Shown: positions 1 to 8,685, numbered from the stretch's first letter. The stretch is 57,665 nt of DNA from an uncultured bacterium (GCA_902766925.1 CACXFL010000035.1:1-57665), one strand, 5' to 3'. Made by a program: numbers and translations. Notes: generated from the letters alone by a model not told the origin.

Positions 1-419
1 GTTTGATTATCTTTTATATTTTTACTCTCTTCTATTAATGTAAGAGCATTATCGGTATTAGTATTGTTACTAGAATCAGTATCTGAATCTAAATTAATAC
101 CTGCAAGATCCTTATCCAAAGAATCTTGAGATTCTATGTAAAGTTCAGGACTAATTCCAAGTACTAAACTTTTTTCTAAAATTTGTATCGTCTCCTTTTG
201 CTTTTGAATAGTTTGTTTTAGTTCTTCCATCTCTGCTTGCATACGAGCAAGATCTAAATCTGTTTGTTTAAGTGCTTTAGAAGAATCAGGAGCGGTTACA
301 ACTTTCGTAGATTTAATCTCAACCTCTTCCTTTTTTTCCCCAGAACTAGAACAACCAAGAATTATAAAAATTAGACCACAACTTAGGATATATATAAGAT
401 ATAAACTGTTATTTTTCAC
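1..419 (-). CDS. Lipoprotein with coiled-coil segment, truncated by the window edge (N-terminal 139 aa present)
   Basis: Not in the ORF track. Reverse-strand reading from GTG at 419 (GGAG 6 nt upstream) gives VKNNSLYLIYILSCGLIFIILGCSSSGEKKEEV. That is a signal peptide plus lipobox L-G-C, followed by the heptad-like KQTDLDLARMQAEMEELKQTIQKQKETIQILEKSL. The frame stays open to position 1. Confidence 0.5.
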   Translation of the reverse strand, partial: MKNNSLYLIYILSCGLIFIILGCSSSGEKKEEVEIKSTKVVTAPDSSKALKQTDLDLARMQAEMEELKQTIQKQKETIQILEKSLVLGISPELYIESQDSLDKDLAGINLDSDTDSSNNTNTDNALTLIEESKNIKDNQ

Positions 420-690
420 ATCAGTCTCCTTAATTGATTCTTATATCTGCCATAATATATTATATTATATATTCTTCCCTGATCGTAATGATAAAATGAA
501 TTGGGACTGCTTTTCTATTATTTTATACCAGATAGGCTTTTGATTCCAGAGAATAACGATCAAAGAAAGATGTGTTTTTTTCAGAGATTTTTTATATTAT
601 AACATAACGGTTAGTATAGATATTGGTATCTATACTTTATCCTAGATAAATTTAAAGATGGTAATTTGTTATATTTTTAAGAAAAAACAT

Positions 691-1323
691 ATGAAAAATT
701 TAGTTTTCTTTTATCTAATTTCAATTATTCTTTATATAAGCCTTGAGTTTCCTACACTACACGGAGCTCCTAAGATTATAGAGGAATTTTCTGAATCCAA
801 AGGTTTTCTACCTATCAGTATGACGGGGTTGAATCCACTTGATAAGATTTTTTACCTATCTTTTGATGCTGCACTTTCCATGGATTATAACAAGTCATCT
901 CAAGCTTTAAAAACAGGCAATCCCTATATAAATATTGGTATAAAACACAGTTTAAAAAATACGTGGTTTCTAGGATTTAACGTAGGTAGTTTTAACTACA
1001 ACAATTCTAGTAAATCTGGTTCTTACCTTAATTATGTTAAAATTTCTCAAGAGATTTCATATCCTTTTAACCTTTACTACCCCGTTTATACTTTGGTAGG
1101 AATTCAGATGGGATATGCTTTTCCAGTAGCCTCTCAAGTTAAACTATTTAATATTGATAAATCCAGAAAAAATACTTTATTTTTTTCTGGATTTATGACC
1201 TTTTTATATTATTATTCAACTGACTATTCATTTTATCTTAGAATCGATATGAATCATTCTATAGATACTTCTGATATGAATAGATTAAGTGTTGCTTTAG
1301 GGGTTATGAGGGCTCTTATTTAA
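691..1323 (+). CDS. Hypothetical secreted protein (possibly outer-membrane associated)
   Basis: ORF track 658..1323. I prefer the ATG at 691 because it opens a typical signal peptide, MKNLVFFYLISIILYISLEFPTLHG/APK. The remainder is G/N/Y/F/S-rich. No family recognised. Confidence 0.5.
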   Translation: MKNLVFFYLISIILYISLEFPTLHGAPKIIEEFSESKGFLPISMTGLNPLDKIFYLSFDAALSMDYNKSSQALKTGNPYINIGIKHSLKNTWFLGFNVGSFNYNNSSKSGSYLNYVKISQEISYPFNLYYPVYTLVGIQMGYAFPVASQVKLFNIDKSRKNTLFFSGFMTFLYYYSTDYSFYLRIDMNHSIDTSDMNRLSVALGVMRALI

Positions 1324-1348
1324 TTTTAATTAAACTAAAGGTGAATTA

Positions 1349-2626
1349 ATGGCTGAAGTTTTTGATCCTAAAAATATAGTTTGGGAAAGTGAAGAAGTTG
1401 ATAATGCTAGAACTAAGCAAGAAGCAAACGCTCAATCTGATACTGAGTTTTCAAAGATGTTTGCTGAATCTAACGAAAAAGCTAGCAGTGGTTCTACAAA
1501 GGCTCCTTTAAAAGTTGGAGGTAAAATAACTGGAACTATCCTAATGTTATCAGCTGATAGTCAGGATGTGATAGTAAATCTTGGAAATAAAAGTGTTGGA
1601 ATTCTTCCTTATTCAGAACTTAGTTCATCTGATAGGTACACTAACCTCAAAGTTGGCGATCTTATAAGTGCTGTTATAGTTGGAAGGACCGGTTCTGAAT
1701 ATCATTTGTCTTTAACAGGTTCTACTAATCTAAAATCACAAGAGGATATAAAAAATGCTTATACTAATAGATTAGCTGTTAAGGGAAGAGTTACCTCTGA
1801 GAATAAAGGTGGTTTTGATGTGGTAATTTTTGGCAAACGTGCATTTTGTCCAATTTCAGCTATGGACAAAAAACCTATTAATGATAAATCCCAATATTTG
1901 AATCAGGAGTTTGAGTTTATCATCACTCAATATGAAGATAATAACCTAGTGGTATCAAGAACTCAGTATCTAAGGATGAAGGAAAAAGATGCTCTGATTC
2001 AGTTAGAACAAGATCTAAGTCAAAATCCTTTTTTAGAACTATCTGGAACTGTTACAAGAGTTGAAAATTTTGGAGCATTTGTAGAACTAGATAATGGAAT
2101 TGAAGGACTGGTACATAAATCTGAACTTAGTTGGGGTAAAGTGATAGATGTATCGGATGCTGTAACGGTTGGAGATAGATTAAGAGTTAAGGTTCTAAAA
2201 ATCTCTAAGGAAGATACTAGAGTAAGAGTATCTTTATCTGTTAAATCTGTTAGTCAAGATCCTTGGGAAACTGTAGATGAAAAAATAAGCATTTCCAAAC
2301 CTATGGAAGGTACTATCACCAAACTTGAAAAATTTGGTGTCTTTGTAGAACTTTCACCTGGTATAGAAGGCTTACTTTTAACTGGGGAACTTTCTTCTAA
2401 TAAAAAGATCAAACATCCTAGTGATGTGGTAAAAGTTGGAGATAAGATATCTGTATATGTTAAAGAAATAGACAGGTTAAAAAGAAGAATTTCTTTAAGT
2501 CTATCAGAGGGATCTTCTTCTTCTCAGGATGATTCTCCTCGTGAATGGGTTACAAAGAAAGACAATAAAGGACTTGGAATTTTTGGAAAATTATTACAAG
2601 ATGAACTGGATAGGCACTCCAAGTAA
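1349..2626 (+). CDS. S1 RNA-binding domain protein (ribosomal protein S1-like, four S1 repeats)
   Basis: AAAGGTG lies upstream of the ATG. Four S1/OB repeats are recognisable: GKITGTILML..., VKGRVTSENKGGFDVVIFGKRAFCP, LSGTVTRVENFGAFVELDNGIEGLVHKSELSW, MEGTITKLEKFGVFVELSPGIEGLLLTGELS. At 425 aa it is shorter than the classical six-repeat proteobacterial RpsA. Confidence 0.7.
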   Translation: MAEVFDPKNIVWESEEVDNARTKQEANAQSDTEFSKMFAESNEKASSGSTKAPLKVGGKITGTILMLSADSQDVIVNLGNKSVGILPYSELSSSDRYTNLKVGDLISAVIVGRTGSEYHLSLTGSTNLKSQEDIKNAYTNRLAVKGRVTSENKGGFDVVIFGKRAFCPISAMDKKPINDKSQYLNQEFEFIITQYEDNNLVVSRTQYLRMKEKDALIQLEQDLSQNPFLELSGTVTRVENFGAFVELDNGIEGLVHKSELSWGKVIDVSDAVTVGDRLRVKVLKISKEDTRVRVSLSVKSVSQDPWETVDEKISISKPMEGTITKLEKFGVFVELSPGIEGLLLTGELSSNKKIKHPSDVVKVGDKISVYVKEIDRLKRRISLSLSEGSSSSQDDSPREWVTKKDNKGLGIFGKLLQDELDRHSK

Positions 2627-2642
2627 TGTGGGGTGTTGCCAA

Positions 2643-2715
2643 GGGGGTATAGCTCAGTTGGTAGAGCGTGTGAATGGCATTCACAAGGTCGACGGTTCGA
2701 TTCCGTTTGCCTCCA
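2643..2715 (+). tRNA. tRNA-Ala (anticodon GGC)
   Basis: Hand-folded cloverleaf. Acceptor GGGGGTA/TGCCTCC includes the G3:U70 alanine identity pair. D arm is GCTC-AGTTGGTA-GAGC. Anticodon arm is TGTGA-ATGGCAT-TCACA (anticodon GGC). T arm is GACGG-TTCGATT-CCGTT. Discriminator is A, and CCA is not encoded. Confidence 0.9.
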
Positions 2716-2754
2716 TTTGGAAGGATCTTTGATACTTCTAGTTTATTTTGTTTG

Positions 2755-2887
2755 ATTAAAGAACATAGAATGATGGCTAGATCCTTCGTGACATTACTTC
2801 ATAACCTCGTCAGGTCCGGAAGGAAGCAGCGATATTGAATGCTAATGGGTACTTAGGTAATCTAGCTGTCATTGTGTGTTCTTTAAT
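2755..2887 (+). ncRNA. ffs: Signal recognition particle RNA (small 4.5S-type SRP RNA)
   Basis: Contains the conserved domain IV motif GTCAGGTCCGGAAGGAAGCAGC (2809-2830). The flanks form a long terminal helix: ATTAAAGAACA..AATGATGGCTAGAT (2755-2781) pairs with ATCTAGCTGTCATT..TGTTCTTTAAT (2860-2887). The core is about 2770-2874, and the exact ends are uncertain. A T-run follows. Confidence 0.85.
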
Positions 2888-2910
2888 TTTTTCTGGAAGT
2901 GATTTTTTCT

Positions 2911-5031
2911 ATGTCTTACCAACCTTTAGCAGTAAAATACAGACCTCAAAATTTCGAGCAACTTGTTGGGCAAGAGGCTACAGCTCTTGCTCTTTCTAAT
3001 GCGGTACGTCTTTCTAGAATTCCAAACGCTGTGATTCTATCTGGTATAAGAGGTACAGGTAAAACTACTGTTGCTAGAATCTTTGCTAAAGCTCTAAATT
3101 GTTCTAATCCTCAAAATGGATCCCCTTGTTTAGTCTGTGATAATTGTCGTGCTATAAGTGCGGGGATACATGAAGATGTAGTAGAAATAGATGGAGCTTC
3201 TAATACTGGGGTTGATGATATAAGAGCCTTAAAAGAAACCGTAGTATATGTACCTCAACGTGGTAAATATAAGATCTATATAATTGATGAAGTTCATATG
3301 TTGTCTACAAGTGCCTTCAATGCCCTTTTAAAGACACTCGAAGAGCCTCCTAGCAATGTAGTTTTTATCTTTGCAACAACAGAGATTCAAAAAATTCCTG
3401 AAACTATTATATCAAGATGTCAAACTTTCTTTTTAGAAAAGATCTCCTATCAGGATATATACAACAGGTTAAACTGGATTTTAAATCAGGAATCAATTCC
3501 TTTTGATGAAAAAGCTCTAAAAATTATCGTAAAAGAAGCTGGAGGATCCATGAGGGATGCTTTGACTCTACTCGATAAAACCATAGTTTTAGGTGGAGGG
3601 CAAGTGGATCTTGAATCTATTGGAAAGATCAGTGCTTCAGGATCTTCTCTGTGTTTAGATCTTTTGTCTTATCTTCAAAGAAAAGACAGGGTATCTGTAT
3701 TTTCTACTCTTTCTTCTTTAGAACAGAGCGGTATAGATTTATCCAAAGTTATAGAGGAGCTTTGTCAGATTACAAGACACTGTTTTATTATTAGAGATTT
3801 AGAGAAAGATTTAGAAGATCTTCATTCTTTAGGAATTGATGAGGTTGAATATGATCGTCTAAATTCTATTGCAAAAGTTTGTCATCCTCTTGAATTAAAT
3901 ACTTTATTTAGATTACTTGTAAAATGTAGAGCTGATCTTACTAAAACAGATTTAGATAGATATATTATTGAAAACTATCTAATGGAGTGGTGTCTTATTC
4001 CTTATAAAAATCCTTTTAAAAATTTAGACAACATACCAGCTAACGGTACTTCAAATAAACCAGATACTGATAATATACAAGGTAGTAATCAAAACTTTGA
4101 TATTAATACAAAATCTACTTCAAGTTATAATCCTCCTTCTTATCCTAGTACTTCTACCTCTACTCCTTCTACTGGGAAAAAGCTTGCAGCTTTAAATCTT
4201 GATTTAAGCAAGACAAATTCGGTAAAACCTAATCCTTTGGAATCTAGCGATAAAGTTCAATCAGATCTATCCCCTAATTTAACTCCAAGTTCTACTACTG
4301 TAGATGCTCCTAGTTCCGATGAGATTTTAAGTTCTTCTGATTATACTAATCAGTTCCAAGAACCTACTCATTCTATTTTATCTAAAGTTTTAGATTCTTC
4401 CTCAGATTTAATATCATCATGTGATTCAGAGGGTCAAGATTCAGCTTTAAATTCAACGGAAGTTAAAACTTCCGTCCAATCTCCTTCTACTAAAGTACAA
4501 GAAGTTCTAGATTCAAAAAAAACTTCTTCTACCATATTTCCTGAAACTTGGGATGAACTGGTAGAAACCTGGAAAGGGAAAAAACCTTTTCAAGCAAGAA
4601 TTCTTGAAGAAACAATTTGTACTCATTATTCTAGGGACTCTATAACTCTTTTAATCAATAAGTCTTCTCTTGCTGCTTGTCAGCTTCTTCAAGAGCAACA
4701 AAAAAAATCAATTGAACAATCTTTTAAAGTAATGTTTGGATTCCAAGGCAAACTACTTGTTACCACCCAAGAATCTAGTATAAACAAGGTATCCTTACCA
4801 GAATGTGATTTAGGGAAAAGTCAAGATACTATTGATAAAAACCCTTCTTTAATAGATAATGTAGAAGGTGCTGTATCGCAAGAATATCTATCAATTTTAG
4901 ATAAGAAAAAGATCGCAAGACAGCAAAGAGAGAAGTTTTTAAATGAGCAAATTGCTGGTAATTGTATTACTGGAATAATAGGTGAGACATTTAAGAACAG
5001 TAAAATTACTTCTATAACAGTGGATGAGTAG
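2911..5031 (+). CDS. dnaX: DNA polymerase III subunit tau/gamma
   Basis: MSYQPLAVKYRPQNFEQLVGQE, Walker A GIRGTGKTT, a Zn module CxxCxxC (CLVCDNCRAI), Walker B IIDEVHML, and sensor SRCQ. The ORF track starts at GTG 2899. The ATG at 2911 gives the canonical N-terminus. There is a long S/T/P/N-rich linker at about aa 385-545. Confidence 0.93.
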   Translation: MSYQPLAVKYRPQNFEQLVGQEATALALSNAVRLSRIPNAVILSGIRGTGKTTVARIFAKALNCSNPQNGSPCLVCDNCRAISAGIHEDVVEIDGASNTGVDDIRALKETVVYVPQRGKYKIYIIDEVHMLSTSAFNALLKTLEEPPSNVVFIFATTEIQKIPETIISRCQTFFLEKISYQDIYNRLNWILNQESIPFDEKALKIIVKEAGGSMRDALTLLDKTIVLGGGQVDLESIGKISASGSSLCLDLLSYLQRKDRVSVFSTLSSLEQSGIDLSKVIEELCQITRHCFIIRDLEKDLEDLHSLGIDEVEYDRLNSIAKVCHPLELNTLFRLLVKCRADLTKTDLDRYIIENYLMEWCLIPYKNPFKNLDNIPANGTSNKPDTDNIQGSNQNFDINTKSTSSYNPPSYPSTSTSTPSTGKKLAALNLDLSKTNSVKPNPLESSDKVQSDLSPNLTPSSTTVDAPSSDEILSSSDYTNQFQEPTHSILSKVLDSSSDLISSCDSEGQDSALNSTEVKTSVQSPSTKVQEVLDSKKTSSTIFPETWDELVETWKGKKPFQARILEETICTHYSRDSITLLINKSSLAACQLLQEQQKKSIEQSFKVMFGFQGKLLVTTQESSINKVSLPECDLGKSQDTIDKNPSLIDNVEGAVSQEYLSILDKKKIARQQREKFLNEQIAGNCITGIIGETFKNSKITSITVDE

Positions 5032-5035
5032 TTAA

Positions 5036-5611
5036 GTGGCTTTTACTAATACTAAATCAAAAGAGGTTCATTGTAAGTTATTATATTTTGGAGCTACGGG
5101 TGCTGGCAAACTTACAAGTTTAAGATCTATTTATAGACTCACTTCCCTCAGTTATTCTTCTAATATAATCGATTCAAATGATAGACAACCTCGTTGGTTT
5201 TCTTTTCTTCCAGTAAGCTTAACTCATATAAATGATTTTCATATTAAGTTACACTTGTATTCAGCAAACTGGGACAGGGTTCCAAAAGATTCTCATTTTG
5301 CCTTGCTTCAAGGAGTAGATGGAATTGTGTTTGTGATAGATTCTAGAATTGAAGCTATGGCTTCAAACTTCGAAGCTATCAGCCAATTAAAATCTCTTCT
5401 TCTTTCAATAGATAAGAACCTTTATGATATTCCGATAGTACTACAGTATAACAAAAGAGATCTTTCGGATATCGTAGACACAGTTACTCTAACCCGTCAG
5501 TTTAATATTTTTAACTGTCCTGAGTTTGAAAGTGTTGCTACTAGATCTGAGGGGACAATGGAAGCTTTAAAGGGACTTTCCAGAATTATTTTATCCAAAC
5601 TTTCTTTCTAG
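5036..5611 (+). CDS. MglA-like Ras-superfamily small GTPase with substituted catalytic positions
   Basis: Collinear with Myxococcus MglA as I remember it: ...EVHCKLLYFGATGAGKLTSL..., FLPVSL, HLYS, GVDGIVFVIDS, LQYNKRDL. GTG start. See the finding for the residue substitutions. Confidence 0.8.
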   Translation: MAFTNTKSKEVHCKLLYFGATGAGKLTSLRSIYRLTSLSYSSNIIDSNDRQPRWFSFLPVSLTHINDFHIKLHLYSANWDRVPKDSHFALLQGVDGIVFVIDSRIEAMASNFEAISQLKSLLLSIDKNLYDIPIVLQYNKRDLSDIVDTVTLTRQFNIFNCPEFESVATRSEGTMEALKGLSRIILSKLSF

Positions 5612-5629
5612 ACTAAGGTTATATAGTTT

Positions 5630-6130
5630 ATGTTTATAAAAGATCCAAATGATTATGCTATAATACTTTTGGGAATAAAAGACCCTACTGGGGTTTTTTA
5701 CTTTCCATCAAACTGTATGAATTCTGATTTGGACATAGATATAGATTTAAAGAATTATTGGGGATTATTTTTTAAAATAGATTCCAGAACTGCTGTAGAA
5801 GAACAGATTATAAAAACAGTATTAGCTTATACCGATTGTACTGAACAAGATATTAAAGATCTAAACATTTGTTCTAATTTTAGATCTACTATATATATAG
5901 GTTCTACTCCGATAAGTTTATATCTTGTACTTAAAGAAAAAGTTACAAAAGTATTAGAAGATAAAAATTATAAAAAAATCACAGATATCATTAAAGATTT
6001 ACCTAATAATAAAAATAGAATTTCTTATATGTTCATAGTACAATATTTAAGTTCTTTAAATTTAGATGATCTCACTGCTACAGAAGTTAGTGAAGCTGAT
6101 TTAAGTAAGTATTTTGATCAAAAAAACTGA
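5630..6130 (+). CDS. Hypothetical protein, co-oriented with and 18 nt downstream of the mglA-like gene
   Basis: 166-aa ORF ending in TGA. I see no recognisable similarity to MglB/roadblock. Context only. Confidence 0.5.
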   Translation: MFIKDPNDYAIILLGIKDPTGVFYFPSNCMNSDLDIDIDLKNYWGLFFKIDSRTAVEEQIIKTVLAYTDCTEQDIKDLNICSNFRSTIYIGSTPISLYLVLKEKVTKVLEDKNYKKITDIIKDLPNNKNRISYMFIVQYLSSLNLDDLTATEVSEADLSKYFDQKN

Positions 6131-6207
6131 ACTGATAATTAATTCATCAAAATTTAAAGATATCTACTCCTGATGTAAATAGAGTCCTAGATTGGACGGA
6201 GGAATAT

Positions 6208-6969
6208 ATGTGGTTAATTGATAAGATTAGAAGTTTTAATGAGAGAAGAGCTCAAAACAGGATTAAACACTGTTTAAAGGTGGTATCTAATTCAAAGGCT
6301 ATTAAGGAAGAGCGTATGGCTGCTATTGGTTTTTTTGCTGATATGAGTGATCCATCGATTGCAATCCCTGCTCTTTTATCAAGATTTGAATATAGCTTAG
6401 AGCACGGTATAAACGATACGAGAGAAAAAGAACTTGCAATGCGTGGAATTGTGAAATACCAACCAGAAGAGATTCTTCCATTTCTTCAAGCTCACCTGAA
6501 ACAAACAACCAGAATAGCTTGGCCTATGAAAGTTTTGTTTGATGTAGTACATGATGAAGAAAAGATAGTAGAAGTACTTTTGAGTTTGCTTAACTACTCT
6601 GATATATCTTTCGATCAGGCAGCTGTTGATAAAAACTATGACATACTGTGTTATCTTGCTGACTATAAATCAGATCTTATAACAGATAAGATTAAAGTAT
6701 TTTTAAACGATGTTGATGAACGTGTTAGATTTGCTTGTATTGAAGTAATACTAAATCAAAATCTTGATGACAGTATAAAAGAGTACCTGGAACCTTTCCT
6801 AATGGATTCTTCGGTTGAAAACCGTCGTATAAGGATAGCAGTAATTGATCTGTTTATATCTAGAGGATGGAAGGTATCTGATATTAAAAAATTTGAGTCA
6901 GTAACTTTTGACGATAATGTTTTTCTAACTAAAAAAGGAAAATTTGAAAAAAGAGTTCCTATTAGTTAG
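6208..6969 (+). CDS. HEAT/armadillo-like repeat protein
   Basis: GGAGGA lies upstream of the ATG. Repeated helical hairpins resemble PBS-lyase HEAT-like motifs (ERMAAIGFFADMSDPSIAIPALL, ERVRFACIEVILNQ, ENRRIRIAVIDLFIS). Confidence 0.55.
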   Translation: MWLIDKIRSFNERRAQNRIKHCLKVVSNSKAIKEERMAAIGFFADMSDPSIAIPALLSRFEYSLEHGINDTREKELAMRGIVKYQPEEILPFLQAHLKQTTRIAWPMKVLFDVVHDEEKIVEVLLSLLNYSDISFDQAAVDKNYDILCYLADYKSDLITDKIKVFLNDVDERVRFACIEVILNQNLDDSIKEYLEPFLMDSSVENRRIRIAVIDLFISRGWKVSDIKKFESVTFDDNVFLTKKGKFEKRVPIS

Positions 6970-7073
6970 ATTACAAAAATTTGAGGTAAACTATATTTTT
7001 TTTATAAAAAAAACGATTTTTCTTGTATTTTACCTCGATACCAGAGATATTATTAGTAACGTATTAAACATCT

Positions 7074-7195
7074 GGGGTTAGACCTTGACTATTAGCTCTT
7101 TCTAACACGAATACCCATCCTTTCTCATAATATTCGTGTTTTGCTTACAAAAAGCGAAAAACCCTTTCTTTGGTCTAACCCTTTTTATTTTATTT
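7074..7195 (+). other. Structured intergenic element: a long-range 10-bp closing stem enclosing a perfect 10-bp hairpin, followed by a T-run (complex terminator or small RNA)
   Basis: GGGTTAGACC (7075-7084) pairs with GGTCTAACCC (7172-7181). Inside it, AACACGAATA (7104-7113) pairs with TATTCGTGTT (7131-7140). CTTTTTATTTTATTT follows. It lies between convergent genes (6208..6969 + and mnmE -). Confidence 0.5.
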
Positions 7196-7267
7196 ATTCT
7201 CTGTGTTTCGGATTTTTAACTGAGTAAAGTCTTATTTGTCTTTCTATTTTTATTATACTATGGATTT

Positions 7268-8665
7268 TTACTTTCCTATACAGAATGAATCAAAAATTTT
7301 ATTTAAAATTTCACTATTTTCTACATTTCCTATTATAGATTCTAGGGATTTAGTGGCTAACATTAAATCTTGAGCCAAACACTCATCGTAAATTCCTTCG
7401 CCTTGATCTTTGAAAAAAGAATCTAAATATGATATAGCCTGTCTGAGGGCCTGTTTATGTCTCAAAGAAAAGATAAAAGATCTTGATTTAAGATCAGTGG
7501 TGTTTTTATTTATAAAAGAGACAATCTCATTTTTTAATTCATTAATCCCGGTACCATCTTTGCATGAGATAGAAATAGTTTTAAAATGTTTTGATAAACT
7601 ATTAGACATCGTTAATATACTTTTATCTTTTTTTTCTAAATCTGATTTACTAATAAGAACAATACAAGGTTTTTGTTTAGATCTAATATCTTCTAAACAC
7701 TGATTCATATATGAAGATAGTGGAGCTTCACATGAGCAAAGACATAAAATAAGATCTGCTTCTTGAATTTTTTCTATAGATCTAGATATACCTATTTGTT
7801 CTATTATGTCTTCCGTATTATTTCTTATTCCTGCAGTATCAATAAGTCTAACAAGTTTTCCTTCTATAAAACAACTATCTTCAACATAGTCCCTTGTAGT
7901 ACCAGGAATCTCAGATACAATACAACGATCCTTATCTAGTAGAGTGTTTGTAAGAGTTGATTTTCCAGAATTAGGTTCTCCTATAATACTAACCAAAAGT
8001 CCTTCTTTTAACATCTGTACAGATTTAAAAGTCGAGATTAGATCCTCTATCATAGATTTAACCTTAGTAACACTTTCTTTTATCTTAAGATCTTCTTCAT
8101 TTACCGATTCTTCTTCAGGAAAATCTATACGAGCTTCTAGTAGTGAGATACTTTCGATGAGTTCTTGTTTCATACTTTCAATCTTTTCTTTAAGTCTAGA
8201 TTGAGATGAATTTGATGCACACAACCACCCTTCATAACTTACCGCTTCGATAAGACCTTTAATAGACTCAGCTGTAAGAAGATCTATTTTACCATTAAGA
8301 TAAGCTCTTTTAGTAAACTCTCCCCTAACGGCAAGTCTGATACCTAAAAAACGTACTATCACATCTATGATTGTATCGATAACGTAACGACCCCCATGAC
8401 AAAAAATCTCTACACTATCCTCTCCAGTATAAGATCTAGGTCCTAGATAAAACGCAACATTTATATCATCTATTACCTCCTTACTATCAGGAGATATGAA
8501 AGAAGTATAGTACATGTATCGTTCTTTTAAATTTGATTCATCTACTTTCAAACTAAGACAACTTAGAATTTTTTTAATACACCCCTCTCCCGATACACGT
8601 ACAAGAGCTACCCCAGAAGGAGGTTGACCACTCGATAGTGCTACGATAGGAGGAAAATTATTCAT
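7268..8665 (-). CDS. mnmE: tRNA uridine-5-carboxymethylaminomethyl modification GTPase MnmE
   Basis: N-terminal IVALSSG...GVALVRVSG, G domain GEPNSGKSTL / DTAGIR, and the C-terminal hallmark CIGK. Confidence 0.93.
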   Translation of the reverse strand: MNNFPPIVALSSGQPPSGVALVRVSGEGCIKKILSCLSLKVDESNLKERYMYYTSFISPDSKEVIDDINVAFYLGPRSYTGEDSVEIFCHGGRYVIDTIIDVIVRFLGIRLAVRGEFTKRAYLNGKIDLLTAESIKGLIEAVSYEGWLCASNSSQSRLKEKIESMKQELIESISLLEARIDFPEEESVNEEDLKIKESVTKVKSMIEDLISTFKSVQMLKEGLLVSIIGEPNSGKSTLTNTLLDKDRCIVSEIPGTTRDYVEDSCFIEGKLVRLIDTAGIRNNTEDIIEQIGISRSIEKIQEADLILCLCSCEAPLSSYMNQCLEDIRSKQKPCIVLISKSDLEKKDKSILTMSNSLSKHFKTISISCKDGTGINELKNEIVSFINKNTTDLKSRSFIFSLRHKQALRQAISYLDSFFKDQGEGIYDECLAQDLMLATKSLESIIGNVENSEILNKIFDSFCIGK

Positions 8666-8685
8666 AAAAGAAACTCTTTTCTATT

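Noticed and set aside
2529-2732. 67-aa ORF in the six-frame track
   Set aside because: It overlaps the 3' end of the S1-domain gene and runs straight through the tRNA-Ala gene (2643-2715). Its sequence (..GIAQLVERVNGIHKVDGSIPFAS..) is simply the translated tRNA, so it is spurious.
5630-6130. Calling the gene downstream of the mglA-like gene mglB (roadblock/LC7 GAP)
   Set aside because: The size (166 aa) and adjacency are suggestive. However, I see no similarity to the MglB sequence as I remember it, and in canonical loci mglB precedes mglA. I left it as hypothetical.
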